Positions 47,291-57,718 of a stretch of 64,000 nucleotides of DNA are shown here, one piece after another. The translations under genes and the position numbers were made by a program. Every line of letters starts with the position of its first letter. Within the stretch, counting starts at the first letter, position 1. The notes beneath the pieces are model-generated. The model searched no databases. It was not told where the DNA came from and saw only the letters and a list, made by a program, of their open reading frames with translations. The DNA is from a virus: IMG/VR virus record IMGVR_UViG_3300047323_000675; one strand, written 5' to 3'.

Positions 47291-48051
47291 AATTTAATTC
47301 TCTTTTTTTCTTGTTTAAAATCTGATTTTAAAGATTGATTTAATTCTTTACTAAGAAATAAAGTATTAATATATCGGTTAAACTCACAATCATTTTCTTT
47401 TAAATACTCATCAATAGGGAAGCTTTTTTCTATGTTTAATTCAAGAATGAAATATTCAGAAATAGCTATACTTTTACTTTCACAACAGGTTATAAATGGT
47501 AAATCATAATCATCATGAACATCAAACTTATCTTTCCATTTAGAATTAAGTAAATATTCAATAAGCTCAACATTATCACCTCTACAAGCACTATTAAACA
47601 ATCCATTATCAATTATGAACTGCTTAGACCAATGAGATGATTCAAGCAAATATTTAACTATATCAAGATTTCCAAATTCACAACATTTATGTATAAATAG
47701 AAATACTGAGTATTTACTATGTTCAATTGCAATAGGTAGTAAATCCTCTATCCAATTATAATCTTTTGTTTGACAAGCTACCTCTAGAAGTTTGATTGAA
47801 TATGGCCGTATATCAATATAGTTTTTAAGTTCTTTAGAATCGGATAAATATTTAATAATATCTGCACTGTTATTTTCTATTGCAGTTCTGAAGGCCATAT
47901 TACCGTTATACTGAGAATTTGCATTAAACTTTAATTCAGGAGAACTAATAAGATATTTAACTCTACCTAAATCGTGATTATAGCAAGCAGAAACCAAAGC
48001 TTCATTTAGTTCTTCCTGATTTAAGTTTTTATATTCATTGTAATATTTCAT
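47287..48051 (-). CDS. 35-aa ankyrin-repeat family protein
   Basis: ACYNHDLGRVKYLISSPEL; tail KKRIKL. Confidence 0.85.
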   Translation of the reverse strand: MKYYNEYKNLNQEELNEALVSACYNHDLGRVKYLISSPELKFNANSQYNGNMAFRTAIENNSADIIKYLSDSKELKNYIDIRPYSIKLLEVACQTKDYNWIEDLLPIAIEHSKYSVFLFIHKCCEFGNLDIVKYLLESSHWSKQFIIDNGLFNSACRGDNVELIEYLLNSKWKDKFDVHDDYDLPFITCCESKSIAISEYFILELNIEKSFPIDEYLKENDCEFNRYINTLFLSKELNQSLKSDFKQEKKRIKL

Positions 48052-48740
48052 TAGACTTTATTTTTCTTCATTTTGAATTCGTTTGAATATAAATCTTTAT
48101 TAAGTTCTTTATTTAAATCTCTTAAATCAAACATATGTTCTACTCTTTCATTTGGTAACTCTTTAAGGTGCTGAACAATATATGCACTTTTAGGAATATT
48201 TAATTCAAAAATAAAATATCTTATGATATCCAAATGATTATTTTTACAAGCCCAACGAAATGCTTCATCTTCATTTTTATGAAGATCTGCATGCTTATTT
48301 AACTCAGGTGAGGTTAATAAAAATTTCACAATTTCTAAATGATTATTTACACATGCCCAAGACAATGGACTACCAGCACACTCTAAATTTATATTTGAAT
48401 TTTCTTTAAGTTCTTTAGAAGTTAATAAATACTTTACAACATCAAAATGACCATTTTCACATGCAGTCCAAAGAGCACCTTCATTTTGAGCATGAATATC
48501 AGCATGTTCATTTAATTCAGGAGAAGTTAAAAGATATTTTGCAATGTGTAAATGCCCTTTATAACAAGAGTTTCTAAATGCATAATCTTCACCATAATGT
48601 ATTTCTGCATTATACTTAATTTCTTTGGATAATAATAAATATTTAACTTCTTCAAGATTGCCAATTGAACAGGCATCTACAAAACATTGATTAATACCAA
48701 ATTGATTAATATATTTATAATCATCATAATAGCTTTTCAT
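48051..48740 (-). CDS. 35-aa ankyrin-repeat family protein
   Basis: ACENGHFDVVKYLLTSKELKEN; tail MKKNKV. Confidence 0.85.
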   Translation of the reverse strand: MKSYYDDYKYINQFGINQCFVDACSIGNLEEVKYLLLSKEIKYNAEIHYGEDYAFRNSCYKGHLHIAKYLLTSPELNEHADIHAQNEGALWTACENGHFDVVKYLLTSKELKENSNINLECAGSPLSWACVNNHLEIVKFLLTSPELNKHADLHKNEDEAFRWACKNNHLDIIRYFIFELNIPKSAYIVQHLKELPNERVEHMFDLRDLNKELNKDLYSNEFKMKKNKV

Positions 48741-49441
48741 AATTTATTTTTCTTTTTTTTAGGATTTTGAAGTATTAATTCACTATTAAGTTCTGTATTT
48801 AGTTCCCTCTGTTCAAACATTTTATTTATTTCATTAGTTAAATCATTAAAATCTTTTGAACTATTTTTTAATACATTTTTAATTATTGGAGTTTTTTCTA
48901 TATTTAAATCAAAAATTAAACAATGTATTACATCTAATCGTTGTCTACTAAATGCTGCAATAAATGGTGCATCTTTTTTTGCATGAATATCAGTATGTAT
49001 TGCTAGATCAGGAGAAGATGCTAAATATTTCATAACTTCAATATTTCCATTACTGCATGCATAAATAAAAGGTAAATGATTAGATACACTAATGTCACAA
49101 TGTTCTTTTAATTCAGGAGAAGCGGATAAATATTTAACTATTTCAAGTTGGTTATATTTAGCAGCAAGAATTAAAGCAAAATCATTATTTGTATGAATAC
49201 TTACTAGTTTTTTTAAACTTGGATTAGTTAATAAATATTTCACAACATGCAAGTGTCCATTTCGACAAGCACCAAACAAACCAGTTTCTTCATCAAAGTC
49301 AAAATCAATTTTCTTTAAAAGAACATCGTTTTCACAAACAAACTTAACTTTTTCTAGATCACCATTTGCGCATGCTTTTTGCACAACAGCATTTAGATGA
49401 TGATTTTTCAATGAGAACAAGCTTTGGTATTTATCAGTCAT
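48737..49441 (-). CDS. 35-aa ankyrin-repeat family protein (ATG start at 49441)
   Basis: Track start 49462 is TTG; ACRNGHLHVVKYLL; tail KKKNKL. Confidence 0.85.
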   Translation of the reverse strand: MTDKYQSLFSLKNHHLNAVVQKACANGDLEKVKFVCENDVLLKKIDFDFDEETGLFGACRNGHLHVVKYLLTNPSLKKLVSIHTNNDFALILAAKYNQLEIVKYLSASPELKEHCDISVSNHLPFIYACSNGNIEVMKYLASSPDLAIHTDIHAKKDAPFIAAFSRQRLDVIHCLIFDLNIEKTPIIKNVLKNSSKDFNDLTNEINKMFEQRELNTELNSELILQNPKKKKNKL

Positions 49442-49764
49442 AATAAGATAATTTTGTTTCAATACTAATTATATCAAAAACAAATTAGTTTTCTAGTTTT
49501 TAGTAGTTGTGTACATAGAATAAGAATTAGTATATGATATAGTTTATGTTATTTCCATAGAATAAATTGATAGGATGAATTTATGAATGAAACAGACAAC
49601 CATATTATTAGAGTAATGACTTCTCAAGAAGTTAAGGAGATTCGTTCAAAATTACAATTAAGCCAAAAAGATTTTTGCCATCGTTATGGCTTACCTATTG
49701 GAACATTTAGGAATTGGGTCTGAAACAGTTAGCATAAAATCTATTCATAATTGTTCAATAAATA

Positions 49765-49793
49765 TTGACTTATTTCATTATTTAAAGTATTCT
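49765..49793 (+). promoter_or_regulatory. Sigma70-like promoter for tnpB in IS left end
   Basis: TTGACT-17-TATTCT. Confidence 0.5.
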
Positions 49794-49816
49794 AAGCTCA
49801 TGTTTTTTATTTAATA

Positions 49817-51601
49817 ATGCAAACTACTTTAACTGCTTCTCTAATTGATGATTCTCATGCTGATTTTATTAATCAGAAATTAGATCAATTTAATACTTTA
49901 TTTAATAAAACTAAAAGAAATCTTTATAAAGATATTATTAAATTCTATAGTCAAAATAATACCAATAAGCTTTCTACCTCAAAGATTAATCAATTAAAGT
50001 CTTCTTATCAAACTATTTTTTGTATTAATTCTAGACATTACAATTCTATTTTTAATGACCTTTTGGGCAATATTAATTCTATTCTTGAACTTAATAAAGA
50101 CTATATTGTTGACACTAAAGATAATATTACATCTTTGTCTAAATCATTAAAATCTAAACAATCTATTTTAGATAGTCTTGTTAAGAAAATGTCTGCAAAA
50201 AATTATATTGAGAATAATATTGATAAAACCAATAAGGATAAGTTAGTTAATAAAATTTTCTATCTTAAAAAAAGATTAAATAAAGCTAATAATAAACTAG
50301 TTAAATTATTAGATATTGAAAAATCGGGTAATCCCCATTTATGTTTTGGTTCTAAAAAGTTATTTAATCAACAATTCATGATTAATACTAAAAATAATTT
50401 AACTTCATTTAAATTCCAGGAGGATTGGAAGAAAGCTTGGATTGAATCTAGAAATAGAAATTTTATTTTTATTGGCAGTAAAGATGAAACAGCAGGTAAT
50501 TCTAACTGTCAAATAAAACATATTGAAAATGATATTTATCAGGTAACTGTTAATGTTGATCCTAAAGCTACAAAACATAAAGATAAATATATTACTTTTA
50601 ATATCAAAGTCTATAATGATAAAAATAATTATCTTTTAAATTCTATCAATAACAATTCAGAGAAAGATAAATCTAAACATCAAGCTTTAACTTATAGATT
50701 TTATAAATATAATGGTAAATATCAGGTATTTATTAGTTTAGATAAAGATAATCAACAGCCCAAGATTATTAGTCATAGATTATCTGGAGCTATTGGTATA
50801 GATATCAATTCAGATCATTTATCTGTTTCTGAAATTGATAGATTTGGTAATTTAAAGAAGACTTGGAATATTCAACTTAATCTTAAAGATAAAACTACTG
50901 AACAATCTTTAGATAATATTGCTTGTGCTGTGAAAGAAATTACAGATTATGTTGTTAAAGTAGGTAAACCAATAGTAATAGAAAAACTTAACTTTAATCA
51001 AAAGAAATCTGAATTAAAGTCAGGATTTAATAAAAAATATAATGTAATGTTATCAAGCTTCGCCTATCGTAAGATAATAGAGTTAATTAAAAGTAGATCA
51101 TTTGACAAAGGTATTGAGATTATTGAGGTTAATCCAGCTTACACTAGTAAAATAGGCAAATTTAAATATCAAAACCAATATAAATTAACAACCCATCAAG
51201 CAGCTAGCTTTGTCATAGCAAGAAGAGGTTTATTGTCTTATGAAAAATATAAAAATATCAGAACAACTAAAATAAATAAAGAAACAAAAATAAAAGCAGA
51301 AATTATAGAAAGAAAGCCTGTAACAGTAGTACATAAAGAAAAACCAATTTCTAACCGTAGGAGTAAATATTATCCTTTTGGTTTACCTGTAAGGAATAGT
51401 CAAAAACAAGATGGTATTTATTGGAAAGAAATTGAGCAGAATTATCTCAAAGCGAAAAAGCATAGAATCGTACTGAAAAGGAAGAAACTTATCCTTGGCA
51501 ATAATGGCAGTAAATTATTATCAAGAGAAACAACTGTAGTAGCTGATAACTCTGAGGTAGACCGTGACCTATCCACAAATCTATTATTTCAACCTTTTTA
51601 G
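49817..51601 (+). CDS. tnpB: TnpB-related RNA-guided nuclease family protein
   Basis: FGSKKLF, IGSKDETAGN, RuvC-I IGIDIN, RuvC-II IVIEKL, VNPAYTS, HQAAS.VIARR. Confidence 0.85.
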   Translation: MQTTLTASLIDDSHADFINQKLDQFNTLFNKTKRNLYKDIIKFYSQNNTNKLSTSKINQLKSSYQTIFCINSRHYNSIFNDLLGNINSILELNKDYIVDTKDNITSLSKSLKSKQSILDSLVKKMSAKNYIENNIDKTNKDKLVNKIFYLKKRLNKANNKLVKLLDIEKSGNPHLCFGSKKLFNQQFMINTKNNLTSFKFQEDWKKAWIESRNRNFIFIGSKDETAGNSNCQIKHIENDIYQVTVNVDPKATKHKDKYITFNIKVYNDKNNYLLNSINNNSEKDKSKHQALTYRFYKYNGKYQVFISLDKDNQQPKIISHRLSGAIGIDINSDHLSVSEIDRFGNLKKTWNIQLNLKDKTTEQSLDNIACAVKEITDYVVKVGKPIVIEKLNFNQKKSELKSGFNKKYNVMLSSFAYRKIIELIKSRSFDKGIEIIEVNPAYTSKIGKFKYQNQYKLTTHQAASFVIARRGLLSYEKYKNIRTTKINKETKIKAEIIERKPVTVVHKEKPISNRRSKYYPFGLPVRNSQKQDGIYWKEIEQNYLKAKKHRIVLKRKKLILGNNGSKLLSRETTVVADNSEVDRDLSTNLLFQPF

Positions 51602-51656
51602 GTTTTGAATAGATTTGACTTTGGTTTTAAGAACGGAGCAGGGTAGAGTTTCTCCT
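51540..51656 (+). ncRNA. Predicted omegaRNA region (boundaries uncertain)
   Basis: Hairpin 51577-51616 at the IS right end; by analogy with known TnpB systems the guide would be the flank after 51636. Confidence 0.4.
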
Positions 51657-51747
51657 GATATTGCTACTAGTTTATATTTATTTAAAATATATAAATCACC
51701 CATAGCAACAGCAAAAATGTTAAGGCTTGGATTAAAGTTTGTAATAA

Positions 51748-52224
51748 TTAAATCTTAGGACTTTTAGTTTTATTAGTGCCAATACTTAGATTATTTTCCA
51801 AATCTTTGATCAATGCTTGTTTTTCAAATAATTCATTTACAAAAGGATGGTGGTATCTATTTAAATAATCTGTAATATCTTGATTTTTTTCCATCCTATA
51901 ATCCAATATGAGATATTCTAAAATATCATTGTTTGAATACATGCATGCTGCTTTAAATGGTGTTGACTGATTCTGGTAAATATTAGAATGTTCATTTAAT
52001 TCAGGTGAAGTTAATAGATATTTAACTATATTTAAATGATTTTTCTTCAGCGCTAAAGTTAATCCATTATCACTTTCAGTATGAATGTTAGCATGCATAC
52101 TTAAGTCAGGTGAAATTAATAAATATTTTATTTTTTGAAATTCACCATGTAAGCATGCCCATACAAAGAAATCATCTAATGTATCTTGAGGCTCATCCTT
52201 AAATTCATCATAAAAATTATTCAT
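51748..52224 (-). CDS. 35-aa ankyrin-repeat family protein
   Basis: NHLNIVKYLLTSPELNEH; tail TKSPKI. Confidence 0.85.
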   Translation of the reverse strand: MNNFYDEFKDEPQDTLDDFFVWACLHGEFQKIKYLLISPDLSMHANIHTESDNGLTLALKKNHLNIVKYLLTSPELNEHSNIYQNQSTPFKAACMYSNNDILEYLILDYRMEKNQDITDYLNRYHHPFVNELFEKQALIKDLENNLSIGTNKTKSPKI

Positions 52225-52892
52225 AATTTAGCTTTCTTTTGGGAAGATTCTTGAATGTTAAGTTCGTTATTTAATGATTGTGTTAACTCTTTAGTTTCTA
52301 ACATTTTCTTTACTTCTTCAGGAATTCTATCAGAGAAGACCTCTCTAATAATAGGACATAAGTCTCTTGATTCATTAAAAATAAAACATTTAATTATTTT
52401 CAAAAAATGTTGTCCAAAATTCAGACTATTAAGTGTATCACGAATACTATCTGAATTTAATGCTTCTGATTTTAATAAATATTCAATAACTTCTAATTTT
52501 TCACCGTCACAAGCATTTTTTAATGGACAATCATAAGTATTCCTAGCATTTATATCAGCATGTTCTTTAAGTTTAGGAGATGTCAAAAGATATTCGACAA
52601 CATCTAATTGTCCCTGATAGCAAGCAAAGATAAGAGGTTGATTTTCTCTAAAATGTATATCGGCTTTTTCTTTTAATTCAGTAGAGGTTAATAAATAATC
52701 TATAATCTCCAAATGGCCATACCAGCAAGCTTCAGTTAATGCAGTATTATTGTCATTGCTATAATTAATAGAGGCATGTGTCTCAAGTTCAGGTGAAGTC
52801 AATAAATACTTAACTTGTGTTAAATCACCTTTTTTACATGCACTCATTAATTTGTAATGTAATTCATCTTCTTCGCTATTTAAGTAATTCAT
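52221..52892 (-). CDS. 35-aa ankyrin-repeat family protein
   Basis: ACKKGDLTQVKYLLTSPELETHASI; tail QKKAKL. Confidence 0.85.
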   Translation of the reverse strand: MNYLNSEEDELHYKLMSACKKGDLTQVKYLLTSPELETHASINYSNDNNTALTEACWYGHLEIIDYLLTSTELKEKADIHFRENQPLIFACYQGQLDVVEYLLTSPKLKEHADINARNTYDCPLKNACDGEKLEVIEYLLKSEALNSDSIRDTLNSLNFGQHFLKIIKCFIFNESRDLCPIIREVFSDRIPEEVKKMLETKELTQSLNNELNIQESSQKKAKL

Positions 52893-53677
52893 AGTTTATT
52901 CTTCTTTATTATATTTAATTTTTCAGTTTTTAATTCAGCAGTTAAATCACAATTTAACTCTCTAATTTCGAACATTTTTTGAACTTTAATTTTGTTTTCA
53001 AGACAAAGTGTGTCTTCCTCTAAATATTCCTTAATGCTTGAACTATACGGTATATTTAAATCAAATATAAAATATTGCATTACAGTTAAATCTTCTGACT
53101 CATATCCTAAGCTAGCATAACAATTTAAAAAAGCTCTATCATCAGTTATATCAATATTATTTTTAAAATTTTTTCTTAAAAAGTCTATAATATCAACATT
53201 ACAACCAAAACAAGCATCATGATATAAATCATTATCAACTTTTATCTTATCTTTCCATTTAGAATTAATTAAATAATTGAAGGTATCATAATCACCTTCA
53301 CGACAAGAAAAACCTATTAAATTTTTCAAATGTTGATTTTCATCATTAACAATGATTGGTAAAAGAAATTCTAACCATTCCCAATCTTTATTATTTTTTG
53401 CAAAATTTAAAATTCCATAAGAATAAGGCTTAACATCTATATGTTCTTTGAGATCTGGAGAACAAGAGAGATATTTAATAATATCAACATGTCCGTTATG
53501 GAAGGCTAATTTAAAGCAAGCAGTATCATCATAATATATATTCGCATTGTATGGCAGTGATGATGAATTTAAAAGATACTGAACTTTAGCAAAATCACCA
53601 TCAGCACATGCAGAAACAAAAGTTTCATTTATATCATGCTCAGAATATGAATTGAATTCTTCATAGGAAATATTCAT
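52889..53677 (-). CDS. 35-aa ankyrin-repeat family protein
   Basis: ACADGDFAKVQYLL; tail IKKNKL. Confidence 0.85.
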   Translation of the reverse strand: MNISYEEFNSYSEHDINETFVSACADGDFAKVQYLLNSSSLPYNANIYYDDTACFKLAFHNGHVDIIKYLSCSPDLKEHIDVKPYSYGILNFAKNNKDWEWLEFLLPIIVNDENQHLKNLIGFSCREGDYDTFNYLINSKWKDKIKVDNDLYHDACFGCNVDIIDFLRKNFKNNIDITDDRAFLNCYASLGYESEDLTVMQYFIFDLNIPYSSSIKEYLEEDTLCLENKIKVQKMFEIRELNCDLTAELKTEKLNIIKKNKL

Positions 53678-54168
53678 AATTTATTTTTTCTTTCTTTGCA
53701 TGTATTAACAGATGATAAATCATGAGTAAGTTCCTCATTTAAATCTCTTATTGAAAACATTTTTGAAATTTCTTTATAGAAAGGATTGTAATAGTTTTGA
53801 TGAAGATATAAATCCATTGAATTATTTTTGGGTATTTTCACTTCATAAATTAAAAAATTAATTATACTATTATCTCTATAAAAATATGCTTTGTTAATAG
53901 CTATTTCAGCAGTAATATTTTCTTTAATATCTTCTGATGATAATAAATAATTAACCAACTCTTTATCTTTTATTTTACATGCAAAATAAATACCTAAATC
54001 ATTGCTAGTATGGATATTGGCATGATTTTTAAGTTCAGGAGAAGCCAAAAGAAACTTAACAACATTCAAATCTCCTCTTGAACAAGCCTCAGTGAAATAA
54101 TGATCTAGAGCATTCTGATCTGCTTGAATAAGTTTTTCATAAAGATAATCATCAATACCATGTTTCAT
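53674..54168 (-). CDS. 35-aa ankyrin-repeat family protein
   Basis: ACSRGDLNVVKFLLASPELKNHANI; tail ERKNKL. Confidence 0.85.
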   Translation of the reverse strand: MKHGIDDYLYEKLIQADQNALDHYFTEACSRGDLNVVKFLLASPELKNHANIHTSNDLGIYFACKIKDKELVNYLLSSEDIKENITAEIAINKAYFYRDNSIINFLIYEVKIPKNNSMDLYLHQNYYNPFYKEISKMFSIRDLNEELTHDLSSVNTCKERKNKL

Positions 54169-54863
54169 ATTTTATTTTTTTTAGTAATGTTTTTATTAAT
54201 TTTTAATTTTTTATTTAAATCCTTATTTAATTTTTGAATTTTAAATAGTTGATTAACTTCTTTAATTATAGGATTATTTTTTCTTTGTTTCAATTCTTCT
54301 TTTATATAAGAGCTTTTTTCAACATTTAAATCAAAAATCAAGTATTTAATCATATCTAAATGTTCATGTTGAAATGCTAGTCTAAAAGCAAAATCCTCTT
54401 GAGCATGAATATTAGGATGCTCTTTTAATTCAGGTGAATGCATTAGATATTGAACTACATCAATATGTCCATGACAACATGCAAGAATAAAACCATAATC
54501 ATTTTGTGCATGAATGTTAGCATGTTTTTTTAATTTTTTAGATGTTAAAAAATATTCAACTAAATTTAAACGACCACTATTGCATACATCAACAAATGCT
54601 TGATCATCTTTTGCATGTATATCTATATGCTCTTTTAATTCAGGTGAAGTTGATAGGTATTCTATAATAGTTAAGTTTCCATTATGGCATGCTGCACGAA
54701 GAGCATATCCTTCTCTAGTATTAATATTTGCATGTATGTTTAGCTCAGAAGAAGTTAATAAATATCTTATTTCATCTAAATTACTACATTGGCAAGCTTC
54801 AATAAAGCTAGTATTAATTTCTTTTTGTGATAAATCTTTAAATTTTTCGTATAAGGAATGCAT
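54165..54863 (-). CDS. 35-aa ankyrin-repeat family protein
   Basis: ACHNGNLTIIEYLSTSPELKEH; tail TKKNKI. Confidence 0.85.
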   Translation of the reverse strand: MHSLYEKFKDLSQKEINTSFIEACQCSNLDEIRYLLTSSELNIHANINTREGYALRAACHNGNLTIIEYLSTSPELKEHIDIHAKDDQAFVDVCNSGRLNLVEYFLTSKKLKKHANIHAQNDYGFILACCHGHIDVVQYLMHSPELKEHPNIHAQEDFAFRLAFQHEHLDMIKYLIFDLNVEKSSYIKEELKQRKNNPIIKEVNQLFKIQKLNKDLNKKLKINKNITKKNKI

Positions 54864-54869
54864 TACGGT

Positions 54870-55589
54870 TTATAGTTTACATTGTTTTTTATTAGAAGGT
54901 GTTAAGATTAACTCCTTGTTTAACTCTCTATTTAAATCTCTCATATCGAAGAATTTATTTATTTGAATTGCCAAATCATCTTTTACATCTAAGTATTGAG
55001 TGATCAATTTAGTTTTTTCTAAATTTAATTCAAATATTAGATAATTTAAAATTTCCATACTTCCAGGCTCATTAGTATATGCATTTTGTAGAGCTAATCT
55101 AAAACCTAAATCATGCTTTGAATGAGGATTAATATGTTTATTCAACTCTGGTGAAGCTGTTAAATATTTAACTAATTCTAAATTTCCCTTATTGCAAGCA
55201 ATAATAAAACCTTGCCCATCATCAACATTAATATCAGCATGCCTTGTTAACTCTTTTGAAGTTAATAAATATTTTACTAATTCTAATCCTTTTTTACCTG
55301 GTATCATACAAGCACCAAGAAATCCTTCATCAATATTGTTATTGATTACTATATGTTCTTTTAATTCAGGTGAGTTAATTAAATACTTAACTATATTTAA
55401 ATCCCCACCTTCACAAGCAAGTTGTAATGCATGGCCATTTTCAGTGTTTATTTCTGCATTAGTTTTTAGTTCTTTGGAAGTTAATAAATAACGAACAACT
55501 TCCATATGTCTATATTGGCAAGCATTAAGAAATTTTTGATTTAACCCTGAGAGCCATAAATCCTTAAAGTCATTGTAAAAAGGGTGCAT
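54870..55589 (-). CDS. 35-aa ankyrin-repeat family protein
   Basis: ACNKGNLELVKYLTASPELNKH; tail KKQCKL. Confidence 0.85.
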   Translation of the reverse strand: MHPFYNDFKDLWLSGLNQKFLNACQYRHMEVVRYLLTSKELKTNAEINTENGHALQLACEGGDLNIVKYLINSPELKEHIVINNNIDEGFLGACMIPGKKGLELVKYLLTSKELTRHADINVDDGQGFIIACNKGNLELVKYLTASPELNKHINPHSKHDLGFRLALQNAYTNEPGSMEILNYLIFELNLEKTKLITQYLDVKDDLAIQINKFFDMRDLNRELNKELILTPSNKKQCKL

Positions 55590-55603
55590 AATTATTTTCG
55601 TTA

Positions 55604-56167
55604 TTATATTTTATTTTTTGGTTTATCTATAGAATTAATAGGTAATTCTTTTTTAAGAGAATTATTTAATAGGTAACTTTGAAGTTTTTTATAATATTGC
55701 TGATAATCTTCCAATAAATAAACTGCGTTTCCATTATTACTCATATTTATTTCATTTATGACTTCTTTTATATTATCTTGTAATTGATAATCTCTGAATT
55801 CAAAAATCTTTTTATTTTTATAAAGAATATCAAGCCCAATATTCATTAAATCATTAAATACCTTTTCTTTTTCTTGAATAATACTAAGATTATAAACATG
55901 ATATATTGTGTTTTGAAAGAAGCGTTCGCTAAATCCATTAGCAATGTTAAAAAACTTAAGATATCCTTCTCCATTGTTTTCAATAGTTTGATCTATCAAA
56001 GATGCTGCAACTAAATAACTAAGATAATCTTTACTATTACTACCTAATGATGTATTAAATTCTGTAAATTTTTTATTAATACATTGATATATAAATATAC
56101 TTTCAACTTTTTTAAAATCATCTTTGGTAAGATAATCTTGAAATTCAAATAGTTCAAATGCTTTCAT
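55604..56167 (-). CDS. Hypothetical protein with shared tail
   Basis: No ankyrin motif; ends LNNSLKKELPINSIDKPKNKI. Confidence 0.8.
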   Translation of the reverse strand: MKAFELFEFQDYLTKDDFKKVESIFIYQCINKKFTEFNTSLGSNSKDYLSYLVAASLIDQTIENNGEGYLKFFNIANGFSERFFQNTIYHVYNLSIIQEKEKVFNDLMNIGLDILYKNKKIFEFRDYQLQDNIKEVINEINMSNNGNAVYLLEDYQQYYKKLQSYLLNNSLKKELPINSIDKPKNKI

Positions 56168-57651
56168 ATTTTTAACCTTTTTGTATTGTTAGATGTATTA
56201 TGTCCTAAATCATTATTTAATTCGGCATATTCTAATGCTTTCTCCATTTTTAAAACACTTTGTTGTTGCTCTGGACTTAAGTAATTATTATATATAGAAT
56301 CAGTTTTTATTAATTTAATAAGTATTTCACCTGGCATAATTTTTTTATTATTTGGACTAATTAGCACTTCAATATCATTATTAACTAAGAATTGAGCAAT
56401 ATTAAACATTGCCTTACCATTACTACTATTATTTTGTGTTTTAATAATTTTTTCAAAGAAATTTGCTAAATAATGTGCGAAATTATTTCCTTCTTCGTCT
56501 TTAATTTGCCAATCAATATATTTTTTTTCTGACAGCTTTATTATTGTACTTTCTATTTCAGTTGTTTTACCTAAGCAAAATAAAGAGCAAACTGAAGAAT
56601 ATATTTTCAGATTATTTAACTCCTTATTTGTTTGATACCATTGATTAAGTATTGATGTATTATAATGAAATTTTTTTATAGCATTATTTTCTAAAAAAAC
56701 TTCAGAATTAGTTGAGTTTTTCATATCTCTATATACTTCATCTTTAATCTCTGAAACACTCCAAGAGTCACGAGCAGTCATAACAATATTCTGTTCTGTG
56801 ATTGGTTTAGCATTATAGTAAAGCTCAAAATCCTTCCAATTATTATTATGAAGGCAATAAGCCATCATTAATTCTTGAAAATTTTTGGAAATGGAATCAT
56901 TTTGAATATTTCTAACTAAAAAATCATTTAAAGTGCTATGTAATAAAGTGTCTGTTCCAAGTTCTTTACTAAATCTATCAAAAAAATTTAAATTTTTATT
57001 ATCATTAATTTTTAGATTAACTCTAGAAAAAAATGATAATAAGAAATTTTTAACTAATTTTTTTTCTTCTATTTTTTCTAGATATATTTTAGCAAACTCG
57101 TTAGATTTATTTGAATATATGGAATCAAAAATTGGCATATTATTTACCATATATAACGGATTATCTAATTTATCTAACAGTTTTTTTGCCAAATTTACTC
57201 TGCCTTTAATTCCAAAACGAGCAGCACAATGTTCTATTTGTTCTTTATCATTCAATAAATCCGTAGTTGTTTTTCCTGGGAAAAATTTTGCACATATCTC
57301 ATTCATTGTATTCAATATTTGATTATTTTTTATGTAATAAAACGCACACTGTACACCCATAGATGGTATTTCTGGTTTTATAAATAACCTTTCAAAATAA
57401 TAACTTGCTGAACGAGTGTTATCAAAAAATTCCTTAAAGCAAGCGGAAGCACCATATTCTATACAAGCTTTTAATGTGCAATCTAATTGAATATGAGGAT
57501 ATCTATCTAAATAAGCTTTAAAGGCATCTGGTTTATCATAAAAGAAAATTAAATCTAATGACTTAGGTATATAGGATAAATATTTATGTTCAGATGGAAC
57601 TGTTAATCCCAATTTTTGAGTGAATTGTTTTTCTTCAAAAGACATGTACAT
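56164..57651 (-). CDS. Helical hypothetical protein with shared tail
   Basis: 495 aa; one ankyrin-like WQIKDEEGNNFAHYLA; ends TKRLKI. Confidence 0.8.
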   Translation of the reverse strand: MYMSFEEKQFTQKLGLTVPSEHKYLSYIPKSLDLIFFYDKPDAFKAYLDRYPHIQLDCTLKACIEYGASACFKEFFDNTRSASYYFERLFIKPEIPSMGVQCAFYYIKNNQILNTMNEICAKFFPGKTTTDLLNDKEQIEHCAARFGIKGRVNLAKKLLDKLDNPLYMVNNMPIFDSIYSNKSNEFAKIYLEKIEEKKLVKNFLLSFFSRVNLKINDNKNLNFFDRFSKELGTDTLLHSTLNDFLVRNIQNDSISKNFQELMMAYCLHNNNWKDFELYYNAKPITEQNIVMTARDSWSVSEIKDEVYRDMKNSTNSEVFLENNAIKKFHYNTSILNQWYQTNKELNNLKIYSSVCSLFCLGKTTEIESTIIKLSEKKYIDWQIKDEEGNNFAHYLANFFEKIIKTQNNSSNGKAMFNIAQFLVNNDIEVLISPNNKKIMPGEILIKLIKTDSIYNNYLSPEQQQSVLKMEKALEYAELNNDLGHNTSNNTKRLKI

Positions 57652-57718
57652 ATTAAATCTACCTATTAATTTATAATTAAATTATAGTAGATTATTTCAA
57701 AGAATCAAAACTAGAAAA

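Larger units (their letters stand above)
49719..51636 (+). mobile_element. IS607-like non-autonomous element (tnpB only)
   Basis: Junctions AATTG[GG]TCTG and GAAC[GG]AGCAG versus reconstructed target AATTG[GG]AGCAG; AAATCTATTC at 49737-49746 and inverted at 51607-51616; no tnpA. Confidence 0.8.
49583..51758 (+). pseudogene. XRE-family HTH (HigA-like) gene split by IS insertion
   Basis: 5' part 49583-49717 MNETD...EVKEIRSKLQLSQKDFCHRYGLPIGTFRNW; 3' part 51636-51758 EQGRVSPDIATSFILFKIYKSP...; joined frame gives the HTH motif RNWEQGR, 85 aa. Confidence 0.85.

Noticed and set aside
49719-51636. TnpB as a type V CRISPR effector or IS200/IS605 element
   Set aside because: There is no CRISPR array or Y1 tnpA, and the GG core at both junctions fits IS607-type integration better.
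3671-57322. Short ORFs nested in or antisense to longer genes (3671, 3988, 6723, 7916, 13257, 14749, 24616, 25234, 27691, 28236, 34773, 35406, 39877, 46605, 52255, 54736, 55192, 56933)
   Set aside because: They overlap well-supported genes, lack SD or motifs, and have the composition expected of off-frame AT-rich sequence.
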